A stretch of 64,000 nt of DNA from Macrostomum lignano. Taxonomy: Eukaryota. The stretch spans positions 372,001 through 436,000 of the forward strand of contig NIVC01000283.1 of assembly GCA_002269645.1 (NCBI GenBank), in the 5' to 3' direction. This document shows, one piece after another, positions 62,643 through 64,000 of the stretch. Position 1 is the stretch's first letter; each line of letters begins with the position of its first letter. Below the pieces are notes generated by a model, which did not search any database, was not told the DNA's origin, and saw nothing but the letters and a program-made list of their open reading frames with translations. The translations under genes were made by a program, and so were the position numbers.

Positions 62643-64000
62643 CGAGGGGTGTCCAAAAAGTAGTGATACTTTTGCTTGTATATCTTTATTGTATGCTTGA
62701 AAATCAGCAAGTTTGGTGTTGTTGGAAAGCGGAACATATCAGCTTTAATTTGACTACAAACATTTAACAAAAACACAACCTATAACAAAGTTATGGATAG
62801 AAACACACAACAAGGTCGACCATAGAGTTACAATGAATTTGTGCATGGTGCAACAGGTCAAGAAGTTGCAACAGTTAGTATGCCTCATCATCATCAGGGA
62901 GGGAAGCTTTCTCGACATAATTGCCCATCAATTGCATGCACTTCTCCCAGCAACGAAACAAGCAATCAATCGCATCTGCGTAGATCTGTTGTGGAATCAC
63001 ATGCAGAAGTACTCTGCGGACTTCCTGTTCCATATGATCACGGTTGGCATGGACATGGCCCCTCAGGTGGCGCTTCAATTGAGGGAAAAGGGCAAAATCT
63101 GCAGGTGCCAGATCTGGCGAATATGGCGGATGAGGCAGAAGGTCAAACTTTAGCTTTTTTATGGCCTCCATTGTTTGGCGGGCAATATGCGGCTGGGCAT
63201 TGTCATGATGCAAGATGACTGGCTTGACTCCTAAGCGCCGCTTGTTTTGGATGTCTGCCTTCAGGCTTGCAAGGAGAGATGAATAATGGTCTGCATTGAT
63301 CGTCATATTCGGCTCCAGGAAGTCAATGGTAATTGGGCCATTACAGTCAAAGAAAACTGACAGCATGATTTTCTTACAGTGAGTTTCACGGCGAGTCTTG
63401 AATGGTGGGTCGGAACCCTTGAGTGCCCACACTTTAGACTCTTGCTTTATCGATGGGTCAAAATGTGGAACCTATGTCTCGTCACCAGTAACAATCAACT
63501 GGCGGAACTGATTCTAGCCACTGCGTTGACTCACTAGATTCAGGTTGCTTTGGCATGTCTGCTGGCGCTGCAGTCGCATATCAGCAGTGAGGAGCTTTGG
63601 GACCCAGCGGGCGCTCAGCTTAGCGAAGTTCATGTTGGTCAGGCAGAGATGGACCGTTGATCGTGGGGTGTCGAGTCTGTCAGCAATCTCACGAATTGTC
63701 AATCTGCAATCTTCTTCCAGAAGATCAAGAATCCGGTCAGCCAAAGCCTTTGAGCTTGGTGTGGATGGCCTTCCTGACCTTGGCAAGTCAGCCAAATTTG
63801 TTCTTCCTGACTCAAATTGCTCGACCCATCGGTACACCATCATGCGACTTACTGCTTCGGCTCCATGAATGCTGCACAGATGATGGTAAATCTCCTGTCT
63901 ACTTTTTCCGATACTCCATAGGGTATGAATTGCGTGTCGCTGTCCTTTCTTTGAGTGCACATCCATAACTGTCGGCTGAACAAAATCTGGTCTTGAAAAA
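62643..64000 (-). mobile_element. Mariner (DD34D) element, other TIR beyond the window; transposase 63966-62875 with two TAG stops
   Basis: TA|CGAGGGGTGTCCAAAAAGT TIR. HTH region, WVPKLL, IVTGDET*, HHDNAQPH and HPPYSPDLAPADF all lie in one frame. Confidence 0.93.

Noticed and set aside
63433-63516. Apparent frameshift between the two mariner ORFs (similar gaps in both Merlins)
   Set aside because: Coordinates show the ORF pieces share one frame; the breaks are in-frame stop codons.

Overview
Repeat-rich eukaryotic (invertebrate metazoan) genomic DNA. GC-rich polyQ-bearing exons and minisatellite-filled introns suggest a Macrostomum-like flatworm; that is an inference only. Genes: (1) a + strand aminergic tyramine/octopamine-like GPCR (6834-18094) with a 9.9-kb intron and a 1-nt frameshift in a CAG run; (2) a + strand 3-exon TRIM (RING-B-box-B-box-coiled coil) with a low-complexity tail (27014-30245); (3) two intronless secreted C-type lectin/PAN-like paralogs (31950-32678, 34930-35652); (4) a - strand 6-exon, 857-codon gene (44360-37470) reconstructed by hand. 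Gene 4 fuses an integrase-type HHCC zinc-binding domain (NOL4/KRBA2/Ginger2-like) to an apparently complete but catalytically dead hAT transposase core, and is the top candidate for an undescribed chimeric domesticated-transposase gene. About 27 distinct micro/minisatellite arrays occupy introns and intergenic DNA. From about 47 kb onward the window is a transposon nest: a Ty3/gypsy gag-pol fragment with inverted TGT..ACA ends, a MITE, a MULE-like element carrying Penelope RT and a nested TA-TSD element with a gag fragment, two adjacent Merlin elements with overlapping TSDs, and a mariner. The DNA transposases are disabled by in-frame stops mostly explained by C>T/G>A changes. All family assignments are from motif recognition by eye; no database searches were run.
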